The notes under the pieces are model-generated. The model did not search any database and had not been told where the DNA came from. It worked only from the letters and a program-made list of their open reading frames with translations. Both the position numbers and the translations under genes were made by a program. This document shows positions 17,757 through 27,179 of a stretch of DNA of 64,000 bases, piece after piece. Source of the stretch: a virus (lineage: Duplodnaviria; Caudoviricetes); the IMG/VR virus record IMGVR_UViG_2775506814_000001, positions 3,716-67,715 of that record; one strand, 5' to 3'. Numbering within the stretch: the stretch's first letter is position 1; every line of letters begins with the position of its first letter.

Positions 17757-18773
17757 ATGCAAAACACTGCAATCACCAATGACAACGCGGCCCTCTTTGT
17801 CGGCGCGCCCGTCTATAGCCGCAACCGGCAAGGCTATGTCACCGCGATCCGGGAACGGACGGCGCAAACCTTCATGATCGGCCGCAACATGCGGGAAAAT
17901 CACTTTGACGTTGATATCGCCTGGTGCGATGGCACATTTGCGGAACTGCCGGACGGCATGGTCAATGACTATATCGAAGAGGCCGCACGTTGCCGCATGA
18001 CGCCTATCAGCGAAGGCGAGGCGCGTGACATGTTGGCGAATGCCAAGGCCGAAAAGGCGCGCCAGCAAGATCGCGCAAGGGCTGACGCGGAACTGACACG
18101 GGAAGCCTACAAGATTTTCCGGGAAGATGCGGCACGCCGTCTGCCGGCATGGGCAAAAGCGGTCATTGTCGCTGAGCACGTCACGGACGACTCCGACACC
18201 ATGTCCGACTATTTCGCCAGCAAGAAGGGGCGCACGATCATTCTCGCCTTTTCGAAGTCAACGCGCGACCTGTTTCCGGAATTGCGCAACGCGGCCTTGA
18301 ACCATGCCGAAACCGCGCATCTCGCCACGGCGCCCGAAAATGCCGAACATCGCGAAAAGTGGAGCATGGGCGCCGGCTATTACCTCAAGGTCGGCGGACG
18401 CCATTCGACCGGATGGCAAATTCGCAAGTTGGGACTCTATGACAGGGGCGCGGACAATATCCCCATGGGCGAATGGTCCCTTGCCGAAGTCGCCGCGCCC
18501 GCGCCGGTCCAAGCCCCGGCAGATGAACCGGACGCGCCAGCTGCCGGCATGACGATTGAAAAGCACATCCACACAAAGAAAGGATTCGATATGTGGGTTG
18601 CCGTCATGTCGGAACGCGTTGACCGCGACACCTATGACTCCCTTTTGGACAAGGCGCGCGACTTCCGGGAATGGCTGGAATCTCACAACAGTTATTGCGA
18701 GGAAATCGACGCGGGCGCCTTCAAGGAAAGCGGCACGGGAGTCGCGACCTGCCTTGTTGTGATCGATCAATAA
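17757..18773 (+). CDS. Polyvalent/anti-restriction-like protein ending in a methyltransferase C-terminal remnant
   Basis: DSDTMSDYF...EHREKWSMGAGYYL domain; C-terminus FREWL...GAFKESGTGVATCLVVI. Confidence 0.7.
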   Translation: MQNTAITNDNAALFVGAPVYSRNRQGYVTAIRERTAQTFMIGRNMRENHFDVDIAWCDGTFAELPDGMVNDYIEEAARCRMTPISEGEARDMLANAKAEKARQQDRARADAELTREAYKIFREDAARRLPAWAKAVIVAEHVTDDSDTMSDYFASKKGRTIILAFSKSTRDLFPELRNAALNHAETAHLATAPENAEHREKWSMGAGYYLKVGGRHSTGWQIRKLGLYDRGADNIPMGEWSLAEVAAPAPVQAPADEPDAPAAGMTIEKHIHTKKGFDMWVAVMSERVDRDTYDSLLDKARDFREWLESHNSYCEEIDAGAFKESGTGVATCLVVIDQ

Positions 18774-18795
18774 TCAACCAAAAGGTGACAATGCA

Positions 18796-19047
18796 ATGAC
18801 ACGCTATGTCTTGAACCGCGACCTGACAGTGACGTTTCGCGGCTATCCCGTGTCCGCCAAGAAAGGCGCACCGTGCACCATGCTTCGTGACGGACTCGGC
18901 AATCCCTGTTTCGCTATCCGGCGGGTTGCGTGCGACGCGGGCGCCATGGGCAAGGCGGGGACCTGGTCAATCTTCGGACATGACTCGAAATACTTTTACG
19001 TTTGGGTGCCGTCCGACGCGGTTAGCGAGGAATCAGACAATGCCTGA
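18796..19047 (+). CDS. Early hypothetical protein
   Basis: Repeat-embedded SD. Confidence 0.7.
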   Translation: MTRYVLNRDLTVTFRGYPVSAKKGAPCTMLRDGLGNPCFAIRRVACDAGAMGKAGTWSIFGHDSKYFYVWVPSDAVSEESDNA

Positions 19048-19543
19048 ATTCATCCTTGATACATCCAACGCGGCGAAGGAATGGCGCGACCTTTCCGACT
19101 TCGCCAAGGGCTTTATTGAAGCGATGTACTTTTGCGACCAATCGCCAGCCTATGACATGGCCGATTGGTTTTCCGAAGAGACGCAAGAGGCGGTCCGGGA
19201 AGGTCAATCGGACGGTGAAATTCCGTCGGACGCGGGAGTCGAGCATTTGCACCCGGACGCTATCCGGGACATTGCCAAATTCTGCGAGGCCTTCGAGACC
19301 AAAGCCGCGGACTTGCTGGCGAAAGCCTATGACCGCGAGGACTATGACTCCGAGCAAGCCGGACGCGACCTGTATTTCACATATGCCGGGCATGGAGTCG
19401 GGTACTGGTCGCGTGAGCAACTGGAAGCCGAAGGCCTTGGCGAGGCTTTATCCACGGCATGCGGGCGCGGGGAAGTCTGTTCCTTTTTCGGCGGACATGT
19501 CGAGCACGGAGACGCGCCGTTTGTGCACGTCTCCGTATGCTGA
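19040..19543 (+). CDS. Early acidic hypothetical protein
   Basis: SD GAGG; AGRDLYFT..GHGVGYW motif. Confidence 0.75.
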   Translation: MPEFILDTSNAAKEWRDLSDFAKGFIEAMYFCDQSPAYDMADWFSEETQEAVREGQSDGEIPSDAGVEHLHPDAIRDIAKFCEAFETKAADLLAKAYDREDYDSEQAGRDLYFTYAGHGVGYWSREQLEAEGLGEALSTACGRGEVCSFFGGHVEHGDAPFVHVSVC

Positions 19544-19567
19544 AACTCAACTAAAAGGTGATCAGCC

Positions 19568-19888
19568 ATGAAATACGGTTATAGCCCGCGCGGCATGCCC
19601 GCGCGATACATGGACGGCGCACCCGCGATCGTTCGGCGCTCGATTATAGACATGCTCAAGATTGAGCCGGCCGGGCCCCTTGATTTTGATATCGTGTTCC
19701 GGCCGGATCGGACGGACTCGGAAATCACGGGCTTGGACTTTGACAAGGGCGGTTGCCAAGGGTGTCATTTCTTCCTGAAACCGCATGAGGCGCGCGCCTA
19801 TCGCGAGAAAAACCGCCGTCGGCGCGTCGCCTGGTCGGACCTGCCGAAGGAAACGCAAGGCGCGATTCTGGCATATCTCGAGTCCTGA
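19568..19888 (+). CDS. Early hypothetical protein
   Basis: Repeat-embedded SD. Confidence 0.75.
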   Translation: MKYGYSPRGMPARYMDGAPAIVRRSIIDMLKIEPAGPLDFDIVFRPDRTDSEITGLDFDKGGCQGCHFFLKPHEARAYREKNRRRRVAWSDLPKETQGAILAYLES

Positions 19889-19951
19889 TGACTTCCCTTG
19901 AACGGGCGCGCGGTCTAGTGCGCCCGTTGCGGCGAATCCATCGGAGTCGTT

Positions 19952-21154
19952 ATGCAAGAGCAAATCTCATTATCCGGCAAAGCCGGAATTCCGACGCGAT
20001 ACCTAAACCGGCATTGCCTGATCACGGGCGCCACGGGAACGGGGAAGACGGTTTCGTTAATGCGGCTTGCCGAGCAATGCGCACGGCAAGGCATTCCCGT
20101 TTTTACGGCCGATATCAAGGGCGACCTGTCAGCGCTTGCCCGTTCATGCATGGTGCGCTTTCTGGATCCGTTCGGGCAGGGGAAGGGCGACGCGGTTGCC
20201 GTTCCTGTTGCCAGTTTCGGAGCGCCAGCGCTTGCCCGCATTTGCGGCTTGTCGCCTATCCAGTCCGACGCGTTGGCAATCGTGTTTCAGGTCGCGGGCG
20301 CCATCGGCGCGCCCCTTGAAACGTTGAGCGACTTGCGCGCCGTTCTTCGGACCATGGGCACAACAGCTGGATTGAGGGACTCCGACTTCGGCCACGTGTC
20401 GCGCGGCACAATCGGCATTCTGCAGCGGACCGTCACGGCGCTTGAGACTGACGGCGCGGCTTCACTGTTCCGCGCACCCTGTTTCGACGTGGCGGACCTA
20501 TTGGCGCCTCGCGTTTCCGTCCTCACGGCGGATCGGCTGATTCAATCCCCGCGCACCTATGCGGCTTTCCTGTTCTGGCTGTTGTCGGACCTTTACGAAC
20601 GGTTGCCGGAAGTCGGCGACCTGGACGCGCCCCGCCTGGTTTTCATTTTCGACGAAGCGCATTTGCTTTTTGAGGACGCGCCGCGCGCCCTGGTCGACAA
20701 GCTGGCGCAAATGGCAAGGCTGATCAGGTCCAAGGGCGTTGGCGTTGTCTTTGCCTCGCAATCCGCCGACGACATACCCGACACCATCCGCGCGCAGCTG
20801 GCGACGCGGATTGAGCATAGCCGGGAATTGCCGATTGGCACGGCGCGGGTCCGCACGTTGGATCAAGCCGGCCGGCCGGTTGATGCGGGCGCCGTCCCAA
20901 TCGATATGCCGGATTGCCCACTAGGTGCCCTTGAGGAGGGCGAGCGCCCCATGCCCGCGCCGATTGATCAGGCGGACACGCCCCGCGCCCCATGGGCGGC
21001 TATGGGCAAGAGCGAGGCCGCGCTATTGGGCGTCATCCTCGCGCTAGTCGGCGCGGCGGGATTCGGTGCCTTGACGGCATGGCAAAGCGGATCGGCCGGC
21101 AAGCTTGCCGTGATCGCGGTTGCCATCATTGCGGCGGGGTTGGCGCGCCGCTAA
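19952..21154 (+). CDS. HerA/DUF853 (YjgR-like) P-loop ATPase with two C-terminal TM helices
   Basis: NRHCLITGATGTGKT, ADIKGDLS, LPEVGD, FIFDEAHLLF, RLIRSKGVGV. Confidence 0.85.
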   Translation: MQEQISLSGKAGIPTRYLNRHCLITGATGTGKTVSLMRLAEQCARQGIPVFTADIKGDLSALARSCMVRFLDPFGQGKGDAVAVPVASFGAPALARICGLSPIQSDALAIVFQVAGAIGAPLETLSDLRAVLRTMGTTAGLRDSDFGHVSRGTIGILQRTVTALETDGAASLFRAPCFDVADLLAPRVSVLTADRLIQSPRTYAAFLFWLLSDLYERLPEVGDLDAPRLVFIFDEAHLLFEDAPRALVDKLAQMARLIRSKGVGVVFASQSADDIPDTIRAQLATRIEHSRELPIGTARVRTLDQAGRPVDAGAVPIDMPDCPLGALEEGERPMPAPIDQADTPRAPWAAMGKSEAALLGVILALVGAAGFGALTAWQSGSAGKLAVIAVAIIAAGLARR

Positions 21155-21178
21155 CGGCAGATTTTCGGGAGCACGTCT

Positions 21179-21211
21179 AAAGGCCTTCGGAGCAATCCGG
21201 AGGCCTTTTTG
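21179..21211 (+). terminator. Rho-independent terminator ending the early operon
   Basis: AAGGCCTTCGGA-gcaa-TCCGGAGGCCTT followed by a T-tract. Confidence 0.85.
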
Positions 21212-21609
21212 TTTGCCTCGCCCGTGCCGCGAGGGGCGCCCCGACTAGACGCGGATCGGACCTCGACCGCACATTCTGAAATCCCCTTGCATGCCGTTGG
21301 CGTCTGACCTGGTCGGCGGACCGCGTGGACTCCATTCCTATCGCATTTCGGCCTGGTCGCCCTATGGCGTCAACCGGGAATTTCGTTTCGTGTCCGTAAT
21401 GATCAGGGAGACTGACGATCAGAGTTCTTACGATCACTCGAGCGCGAGCCCGCCAGGCCTGCAAGAGATTTCTGCCGTGCCGCCGATCCACCAGGTGACG
21501 GGCCGGCCACCTGGCGCTCGCTTACTTTGGCGCTCTGGATTGATTTTTGATCGAGAGGAAATTTTGGCAATTTCGATCGACCGGAGATTCGTTTGGGCTC
21601 CGGTCAGTT

Positions 21610-21963
21610 TTAGGATTGCGCCTGTGCGACGAGGAATGCGATGTGCGTCACGTCTCCAGCGGCCACCTCTTTACGCAGAACTCGGTTGGCCTCATCACCA
21701 TAGCGGCCGTCGAAATCGATCCTGGCACCGATGATCTTTCCGCGGTCGGCCAAGGGATCGTCGACGGGATGGCGCACCGCGACATGCACCCAATAATTCC
21801 CGTCCGATGTTCTGGCTATCTCGACGTCGCCGCCTGGAAAACCGATGATCGTATGAGGCTTTTCCGGCTTGATGTTCGGATCGCCGAGAAGGTCGGTTCG
21901 TCCTCCGATCTTAACGCGATTGCAATCAACGCCTGCTCCCGAAAATAGGTTAGGATTTTTCAC
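21610..21963 (-). CDS. Hypothetical protein
   Basis: SD GAGG upstream. Confidence 0.65.
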   Translation of the reverse strand: MKNPNLFSGAGVDCNRVKIGGRTDLLGDPNIKPEKPHTIIGFPGGDVEIARTSDGNYWVHVAVRHPVDDPLADRGKIIGARIDFDGRYGDEANRVLRKEVAAGDVTHIAFLVAQAQS

Positions 21964-21980
21964 GACATACCCTCTTGGCG

Positions 21981-22298
21981 TCAGTTGTTGGGCTCGTTCG
22001 CAAGCGCGGCGGCGCGGTCGATCTCGGCGGCAATGAGCGCGCCGGCCTTAACCAGATCGCGGCGGCGATCGGTCGGCTTCCACCACGTACGATCCCATGG
22101 CCAAAGGCGACGCAGCACTACGCCATCCCACCACTCGCCAATCTCGCGAAACGTGGTGGAAGTCGCACTAGCCCAAGCATAGCAAGCTGCTGCCTTGGCT
22201 ATTTCACCCTTTGTGTGCTCGTCGTCATGCTCCGGCGTCCAGCCTTCCTCGTTGATCTGCCGCTGGCGCTCGGCGGCGATGCTTTCGGCTCCGTTCAT
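21981..22298 (-). CDS. Conserved phage protein
   Basis: AERQRQI..EGWTPEHDD.H...WWKP...RRDLVKAGALIAAEI. Confidence 0.85.
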   Translation of the reverse strand: MNGAESIAAERQRQINEEGWTPEHDDEHTKGEIAKAAACYAWASATSTTFREIGEWWDGVVLRRLWPWDRTWWKPTDRRRDLVKAGALIAAEIDRAAALANEPNN

Positions 22299-22316
22299 TT
22301 CGGCCTCCGGTCGGTT

Positions 22317-22541
22317 TCAGGATTGGTCCAAAGCCCAGCAAAGCTGGGTCATGTAGCTGGTCTGCGTTCGGCGCACCGCCCCGTCGCGTTCGAGAGCTTT
22401 GAGCCGATAGCGAACGTAAGCTGTCTTCACGTCCTTAAACTTTGGGCGCAGCACATTCGCGATGACATAGGTCATCGTTCCATTCGGATTGTGATGCTTG
22501 ATCGCCGCAAGAATGTCGGCGTCTGTCGGCTGTCCGGTCAT
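22317..22541 (-). CDS. Small winged-helix-like protein
   Basis: TYVIANVL...VRYRLKALERDG.V. Confidence 0.6.
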   Translation of the reverse strand: MTGQPTDADILAAIKHHNPNGTMTYVIANVLRPKFKDVKTAYVRYRLKALERDGAVRRTQTSYMTQLCWALDQS

Positions 22542-22654
22542 GCTGGTCGCCTATGTTTCTGGATTATGTTTCTGGACTATAGGCGCGTCGCGTTGTAATG
22601 TCCAGATAACTAGTCCATATTGCCATCGCGAAAAATGCGAGGGCATGTAAGAAA

Positions 22655-23296
22655 GTGGCATCCGAATCCGAAAACCCGCCAAACAGGAAGGTCGGATACG
22701 CCCGCGTTTCGACGAGCGAGCAGAACCCGGACATGCAGATCGCGGCGCTCAAGGCCTATGGTGTCCCGGAGGCGTTGATCTTCGTCGACAAGGCGAGCGG
22801 CGGCACGATGCAGCGCCCGGAATTCATCAAGGCGGTTCGGGTCTGCCAGGTCGAAAAGACCGAGTTTGTGGTCTGGAAGCTCGACCGTCTCGGGCGCACC
22901 CTCGGCGGCATACTTGAGACGCTGGAACTGCTGACCGATCGCGGGATCGAGTTCGTCAGTCTGACGGAGCGGATCGACACCAAAGGCCCGATGGGCAAGG
23001 CGATGGTGCGATTGCTTGCCGTGTTCGCCGAGCTGGAGCGCGACCTGATCCGCGAGCGCACGAAGGCGGGCATCGAGCGGGCGAAAGAGCGCGGTGAACA
23101 CGGCGGCCGGCCGCGAGCGATGACGGACGAGCGGATCGCCAAGGCTGTGGAGATGTTGGCGACCGGCGAGCGCGGCAACGCGATCTGGAAGGCGCTCAAG
23201 GGTTTGCCTGGGCCGAAGATCAGCCGCTCGGCCTATTATGCCTGGCAGCAGGAATGGGATGTCGAGAACCGCTCGCCCGATACGGTCGGCGAGTAG
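22655..23296 (+). CDS. Serine recombinase (resolvase/invertase)
   Basis: GYARVST, VVWKLDRLGR, AELERDLIRERT.AG, GRP, C-terminal HTH. Confidence 0.95.
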   Translation: MASESENPPNRKVGYARVSTSEQNPDMQIAALKAYGVPEALIFVDKASGGTMQRPEFIKAVRVCQVEKTEFVVWKLDRLGRTLGGILETLELLTDRGIEFVSLTERIDTKGPMGKAMVRLLAVFAELERDLIRERTKAGIERAKERGEHGGRPRAMTDERIAKAVEMLATGERGNAIWKALKGLPGPKISRSAYYAWQQEWDVENRSPDTVGE

Positions 23297-23506
23297 TCCA
23301 GATAGGAGCAAGGTGATGTTCTACCATCTCGGTCTTGCCGAGGCGCTTGGAGTTTCCGAAACCCAACTGGAGCGGATGAGTTTGAGAGAATTGAGCGATC
23401 GAGCCTTTAAGAAAGGCTTCGAACTCAAGCTTGATCGCAACGGGGTCGGCAAGGGCCTTACCTTGCATGACGGCAGGCCGAACCAAGCGGCGCAGGCCAG
23501 ATAGGA

Positions 23507-23743
23507 ATGCCGATGTCAATCGTTAAGAAGTTGAGTTCGGCAAGCCGCGCTCCCGGTGCACCGGCAATTCTCGGAGAGGCGGCGCAAGAAATCATCCGTC
23601 AGGATGAGGAGATCAAGCGATTGCGGCAGGCCCTTGAGCGCATCCGGGATGACGACCAACTTGGATGGGACCTGGTGAACGACTGCCCGCTCGAAGCCCC
23701 CTATTTTGCTGGCCAAGTGCTGAACGATCCCAACGCGTCTTGA
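23507..23743 (+). CDS. Hypothetical protein
   Basis: EAAQEI...EIKRLRQAL phage-type coiled coil. Confidence 0.55.
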   Translation: MPMSIVKKLSSASRAPGAPAILGEAAQEIIRQDEEIKRLRQALERIRDDDQLGWDLVNDCPLEAPYFAGQVLNDPNAS

Positions 23744-23748
23744 CGCTA

Positions 23749-24093
23749 TCACTGTTTGTCCAGCTGATCGAAAATCGGCCGCACCTTATGGATTGCCGCC
23801 TGCACTTGCGGTCGTGATCGCATCTTCTTGGCGGTGTCCGGATTGATGCCCAGATCGGCCGCGATCTGCTTATTGCGCCTGCGCCTGGCCGCCAGTTCGG
23901 CGATGTCATTCTCGCGCGGCGTCAATGTCGTGTCCCGGTAGAGGGCACTCACATCGTCCGACTGCTCTTTTTCGAGCACGACCAGCTTACCGACCAGTCC
24001 GCTGTCACGCGCTCGCTCCCAGAACTCCATATCGGATTCGTCCGGGTCATGCAGGATGACCTCCTTCGGCTGCAAGAGGGCGACCATAGCCAT
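23749..24093 (-). CDS. LuxR/GerE-type C-terminal HTH regulator (start uncertain)
   Basis: LTPRENDIAELAA...NKQIAADLGINPDTAK. Confidence 0.7.
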   Translation of the reverse strand: MAMVALLQPKEVILHDPDESDMEFWERARDSGLVGKLVVLEKEQSDDVSALYRDTTLTPRENDIAELAARRRRNKQIAADLGINPDTAKKMRSRPQVQAAIHKVRPIFDQLDKQ

Positions 24094-24557
24094 GAGACAC
24101 CGTGTGAAGCTTATTGCGAGGAAGCGCGACCCCTGGAAGAGCGCTGCCGCGGCAGCCCGGAATGCCTGTCGCACCATTTCGGATGCCGACACAAGGATTA
24201 CCCAGGGCACGAGTCTAATCTCCAAGATTGAAATGGGGGTATGCATAACCCCCATAATTGTATTTGACCACCATCTATAGATGTACATAAATTAAAATCG
24301 TTAAGCGTCAGTTTCATAGTTCAGTGAGTGTGTTCGATGCTGCGTATTACTTTGGATATAATCATCTTGCTTCTTTTCCTGCGAATTTGAAATCCTTCGC
24401 AGAACTACGGACATCTCCAGAAATATAAGGTCAATGGATTCCGGGCACGCCGACGCGTGGTTGAACGGCTGCAACCTATGGGCCATCCATCAATCAACAT
24501 TTAGTTGACAAGTCCAAATAAAAGGTTGAATAAGGACAGGTCAACGGAGGCTACTCG

Positions 24558-24728
24558 ATGACTCTGAGCGAAGAAAAGCAAAAACAACTGACCGAGCTAA
24601 AGCAAATGATTGAATCACTTGCCGAAATTGAAGATTGCATTGGCAATGGCGATATGACGATCGCCGAGGCTCGGACAGCCCTGAAGGTGCAAATGGCCGA
24701 TATGCTGATCGTGGAAGACGGTCGGTAA
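24558..24728 (+). CDS. Small acidic protein (56 aa, below the ORF-track cutoff)
   Basis: SD GGAGG; MTLSEEKQKQLTELKQMIE...VEDGR*; TTGACA at 24505 upstream; hairpin 24729-24750 downstream. Confidence 0.65.
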   Translation: MTLSEEKQKQLTELKQMIESLAEIEDCIGNGDMTIAEARTALKVQMADMLIVEDGR

Positions 24729-24829
24729 CGTCAAATCCCCCGATTTGACGGCCGGATAAATCAACAAAATGTTGACTAATAGGGTATGTCGGTTGATTAT
24801 CGGCGCACCCTATTCGTCGGGAGAGAGCC

Positions 24830-25444
24830 TTGCGAAACTTATATGACGTTCTCGGCATCTCGCGAGATGCGACGACCGAGGACATTCAAAAGGCAAAACG
24901 GCGCCTTGCGAGAGCGACCCATCCAGATGTGGCGGGTGGCAGCAAGGAAGCTTTCCAGGCTGTGGAAGAAGCCGCTCGCGTTCTTGGTGACCCCGAAACC
25001 CGTCTGCTCTACGACGCCACCGGCCACACCCCGCATGACGGCCTGGATGAGGCGGCAGAGGGTATCGTCTGGGCCGAGGTCGGGAAGGCCATGATGTCGT
25101 CGGACAAGCCGGAAAGGCTCGATATTGTCGGGCTTGCCCGCAACTCGATCAGTGACACGATTCAGACGGCGCGGAGCAACATCAAAAAATTGACGGCTGC
25201 CAAGGTGAACGCTGCCCGGATGGCCGGCAGGTTCAGAACCTCGCTGCCGAACGACCCGATCGCGCAGCGTTTCGCCAAGATCCAGCGCGACGCCGATGCC
25301 GAGATCGAGTCGACCAAAGCCAAGATTAAGGTATTCGAACGGGCCTTGCAGATCGCCGAGGCCTACGAATTTGAGCGCGAGCCGACCCCCTCAGCCACAG
25401 CATGCGATGGGTGGGTCTTTGTCCAAACGCCGAGGACGTGGTGA
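24830..25444 (+). CDS. J-domain (DnaJ-like) protein
   Basis: LYDVLGISRDAT.EDI.KA.RRLA...HPD...F..V.EA..VL.DP..R..YD. Confidence 0.9.
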   Translation: MRNLYDVLGISRDATTEDIQKAKRRLARATHPDVAGGSKEAFQAVEEAARVLGDPETRLLYDATGHTPHDGLDEAAEGIVWAEVGKAMMSSDKPERLDIVGLARNSISDTIQTARSNIKKLTAAKVNAARMAGRFRTSLPNDPIAQRFAKIQRDADAEIESTKAKIKVFERALQIAEAYEFEREPTPSATACDGWVFVQTPRTW

Positions 25445-26079
25445 TGGCTGATGACAAGATGCCAACGGAAGCCGGGCTCTACTGGAGTCGTTCCAAACAC
25501 GTCAAGAACGATCAATGGAGCGTCAGGCGTGTCACCGTGATCGGATGGGACGGTTCTCGAGTCGTCCTCGCTGTACAGAATTTTGGTGACAGCGAGGACG
25601 ACCACCCCTCCATGTATGAATGGGGACCAAAAGTGTCGCCTATACTTGGCGAACGGGCCGATGTAGCGGTCGATCCCGCAATTTCGCTCGCCCTCAAGAT
25701 GGGCCAAACGGTTGAACTGTCAGAACCGATGAAGTTCCGACACGTCAATGAGCGGTGCCGACAGTTGCTGGACGTGTCCGACGAGATCAGGTTGACCCTC
25801 TTGGCGGCAAGACTCATTGTCGACCTGCAGGACGCAGTCAACCGCAATCTCGGGGTCGAGATGGACCTCGCAAAGCCAATTCCCGGTGTCCACTACGATC
25901 CGGCTTTGTGCGAAACCCTCAGCGCTGCGATATCCGTTATCCTGGACCGCGCCAGAAAAGTTGCGCTCGTTGCCGCGGGTATCCCCGAACTCAAGTACGT
26001 CCCGGAAGACCTCCGGACGGTCTGCGAGCAGCTGCGCGTGGTCTCGAACAAGATGCGGGCTTCGGAGAAGGGGACATGA
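25444..26079 (+). CDS. Hypothetical protein
   Basis: Coupled to the J-domain gene. Confidence 0.65.
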   Translation: MADDKMPTEAGLYWSRSKHVKNDQWSVRRVTVIGWDGSRVVLAVQNFGDSEDDHPSMYEWGPKVSPILGERADVAVDPAISLALKMGQTVELSEPMKFRHVNERCRQLLDVSDEIRLTLLAARLIVDLQDAVNRNLGVEMDLAKPIPGVHYDPALCETLSAAISVILDRARKVALVAAGIPELKYVPEDLRTVCEQLRVVSNKMRASEKGT

Positions 26080-26217
26080 TCTTCGCCCCCAACATTTTCT
26101 TGTGCCAGGCCATTTGGCAGTACCGCATGACCGTCTTGTGCGCGAGCGGCATGGCTTTGGTATTCGTCGGCGCCTTCTCGGCGCTCCACAGCAGCATCCA
26201 GACCGGAAGGTGATGAG

Positions 26218-26409
26218 ATGAAGATTTTCTCTGATGAAGACGGCAAGGGGGACACCGTCATTGTTTTGAGCAAAGACGACGGGAAAGCCTTGGTGCGCGC
26301 ATTGGAAGTGGCGACAACACGCAAACCTGCTGCCTTCAAAGCGTTGGCCGCCAACTCCAAAGCCTATCAGATTGCCCGAAAAATCGAACTGAATTTGCCC
26401 GTGTTCTGA
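26218..26409 (+). CDS. Hypothetical protein
   Basis: SD AAGGTGA. Confidence 0.6.
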   Translation: MKIFSDEDGKGDTVIVLSKDDGKALVRALEVATTRKPAAFKALAANSKAYQIARKIELNLPVF

Positions 26410-26457
26410 AGCACGAGTCTGCTCGGCACAAGCCCCAAAAATCGGAAGGTGACCAAC

Positions 26458-26895
26458 ATGTCGGACGAAGCGACAATAGCTCTGGCTCGCGGGGAAATCC
26501 TGTCGCGCCTCGATCTCTCCAAGGCAAACACCAGCGGCCTTCTGGACCGTATCGGCGACTTCCTGCGCGAGCGGGACGAGCAGACGACGCAGGATGAGCG
26601 GGATGCCGGGGAGCGGATCACAACCGCCTTCTACATCATCCAGATCGTCCGCAGCACGATCAATTCCGACGATCCGGAGTCACAGCCTCGCTGTGAACTG
26701 GCCGAGGGCGACCTTAACGCGATAAAGCTCTGTTTGTCCGGATCCCCGCTTCCTTACGGCTCGATTCGCAGCGAGACCGACGAGATGAGGCGTTTCAGCG
26801 CCATTGGCAAGTCAGTTGGAATTGAGCACGCGACAGACATCAAAGAGATGATCGTAGATAAGTGTGTCCGAGTGAAGCCTCACTCGGGCACCTGA
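26458..26895 (+). CDS. Hypothetical protein
   Basis: SD AAGGTGA. Confidence 0.65.
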   Translation: MSDEATIALARGEILSRLDLSKANTSGLLDRIGDFLRERDEQTTQDERDAGERITTAFYIIQIVRSTINSDDPESQPRCELAEGDLNAIKLCLSGSPLPYGSIRSETDEMRRFSAIGKSVGIEHATDIKEMIVDKCVRVKPHSGT

Positions 26896-27179
26896 AGCGT
26901 CATCTCGGGCGGGATCGTCGCGAGCGTCGAGCGTTTCCATTCGGCGATCTGCTCCATGCTCGTCACGCAAGCCCCATAGGCGCCCTTGTAGCCGTCGAGC
27001 TGGTCCAGAAGGCCGCCCGTATTCTTCGCGTCCCGCACGGGCTCGGCCGGCACAACCAGCATCGAATCCGGTGGCGTCAGCGGCACCAGCCTCGTTTCAA
27101 TGACGGGCGGGGCGGTTGACCACAGAGAGCAGGCTGTCAGGGATGTCAGTGCCAAGATACTCATCAGCCTTCGGATCAT
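26880..27179 (-). CDS. o-spanin (Rz1-like lipoprotein)
   Basis: Signal peptide with lipobox LTAC, Pro-rich, overlaps the i-spanin 3' end. Confidence 0.8.
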   Translation of the reverse strand: MIRRLMSILALTSLTACSLWSTAPPVIETRLVPLTPPDSMLVVPAEPVRDAKNTGGLLDQLDGYKGAYGACVTSMEQIAEWKRSTLATIPPEMTLQVPE

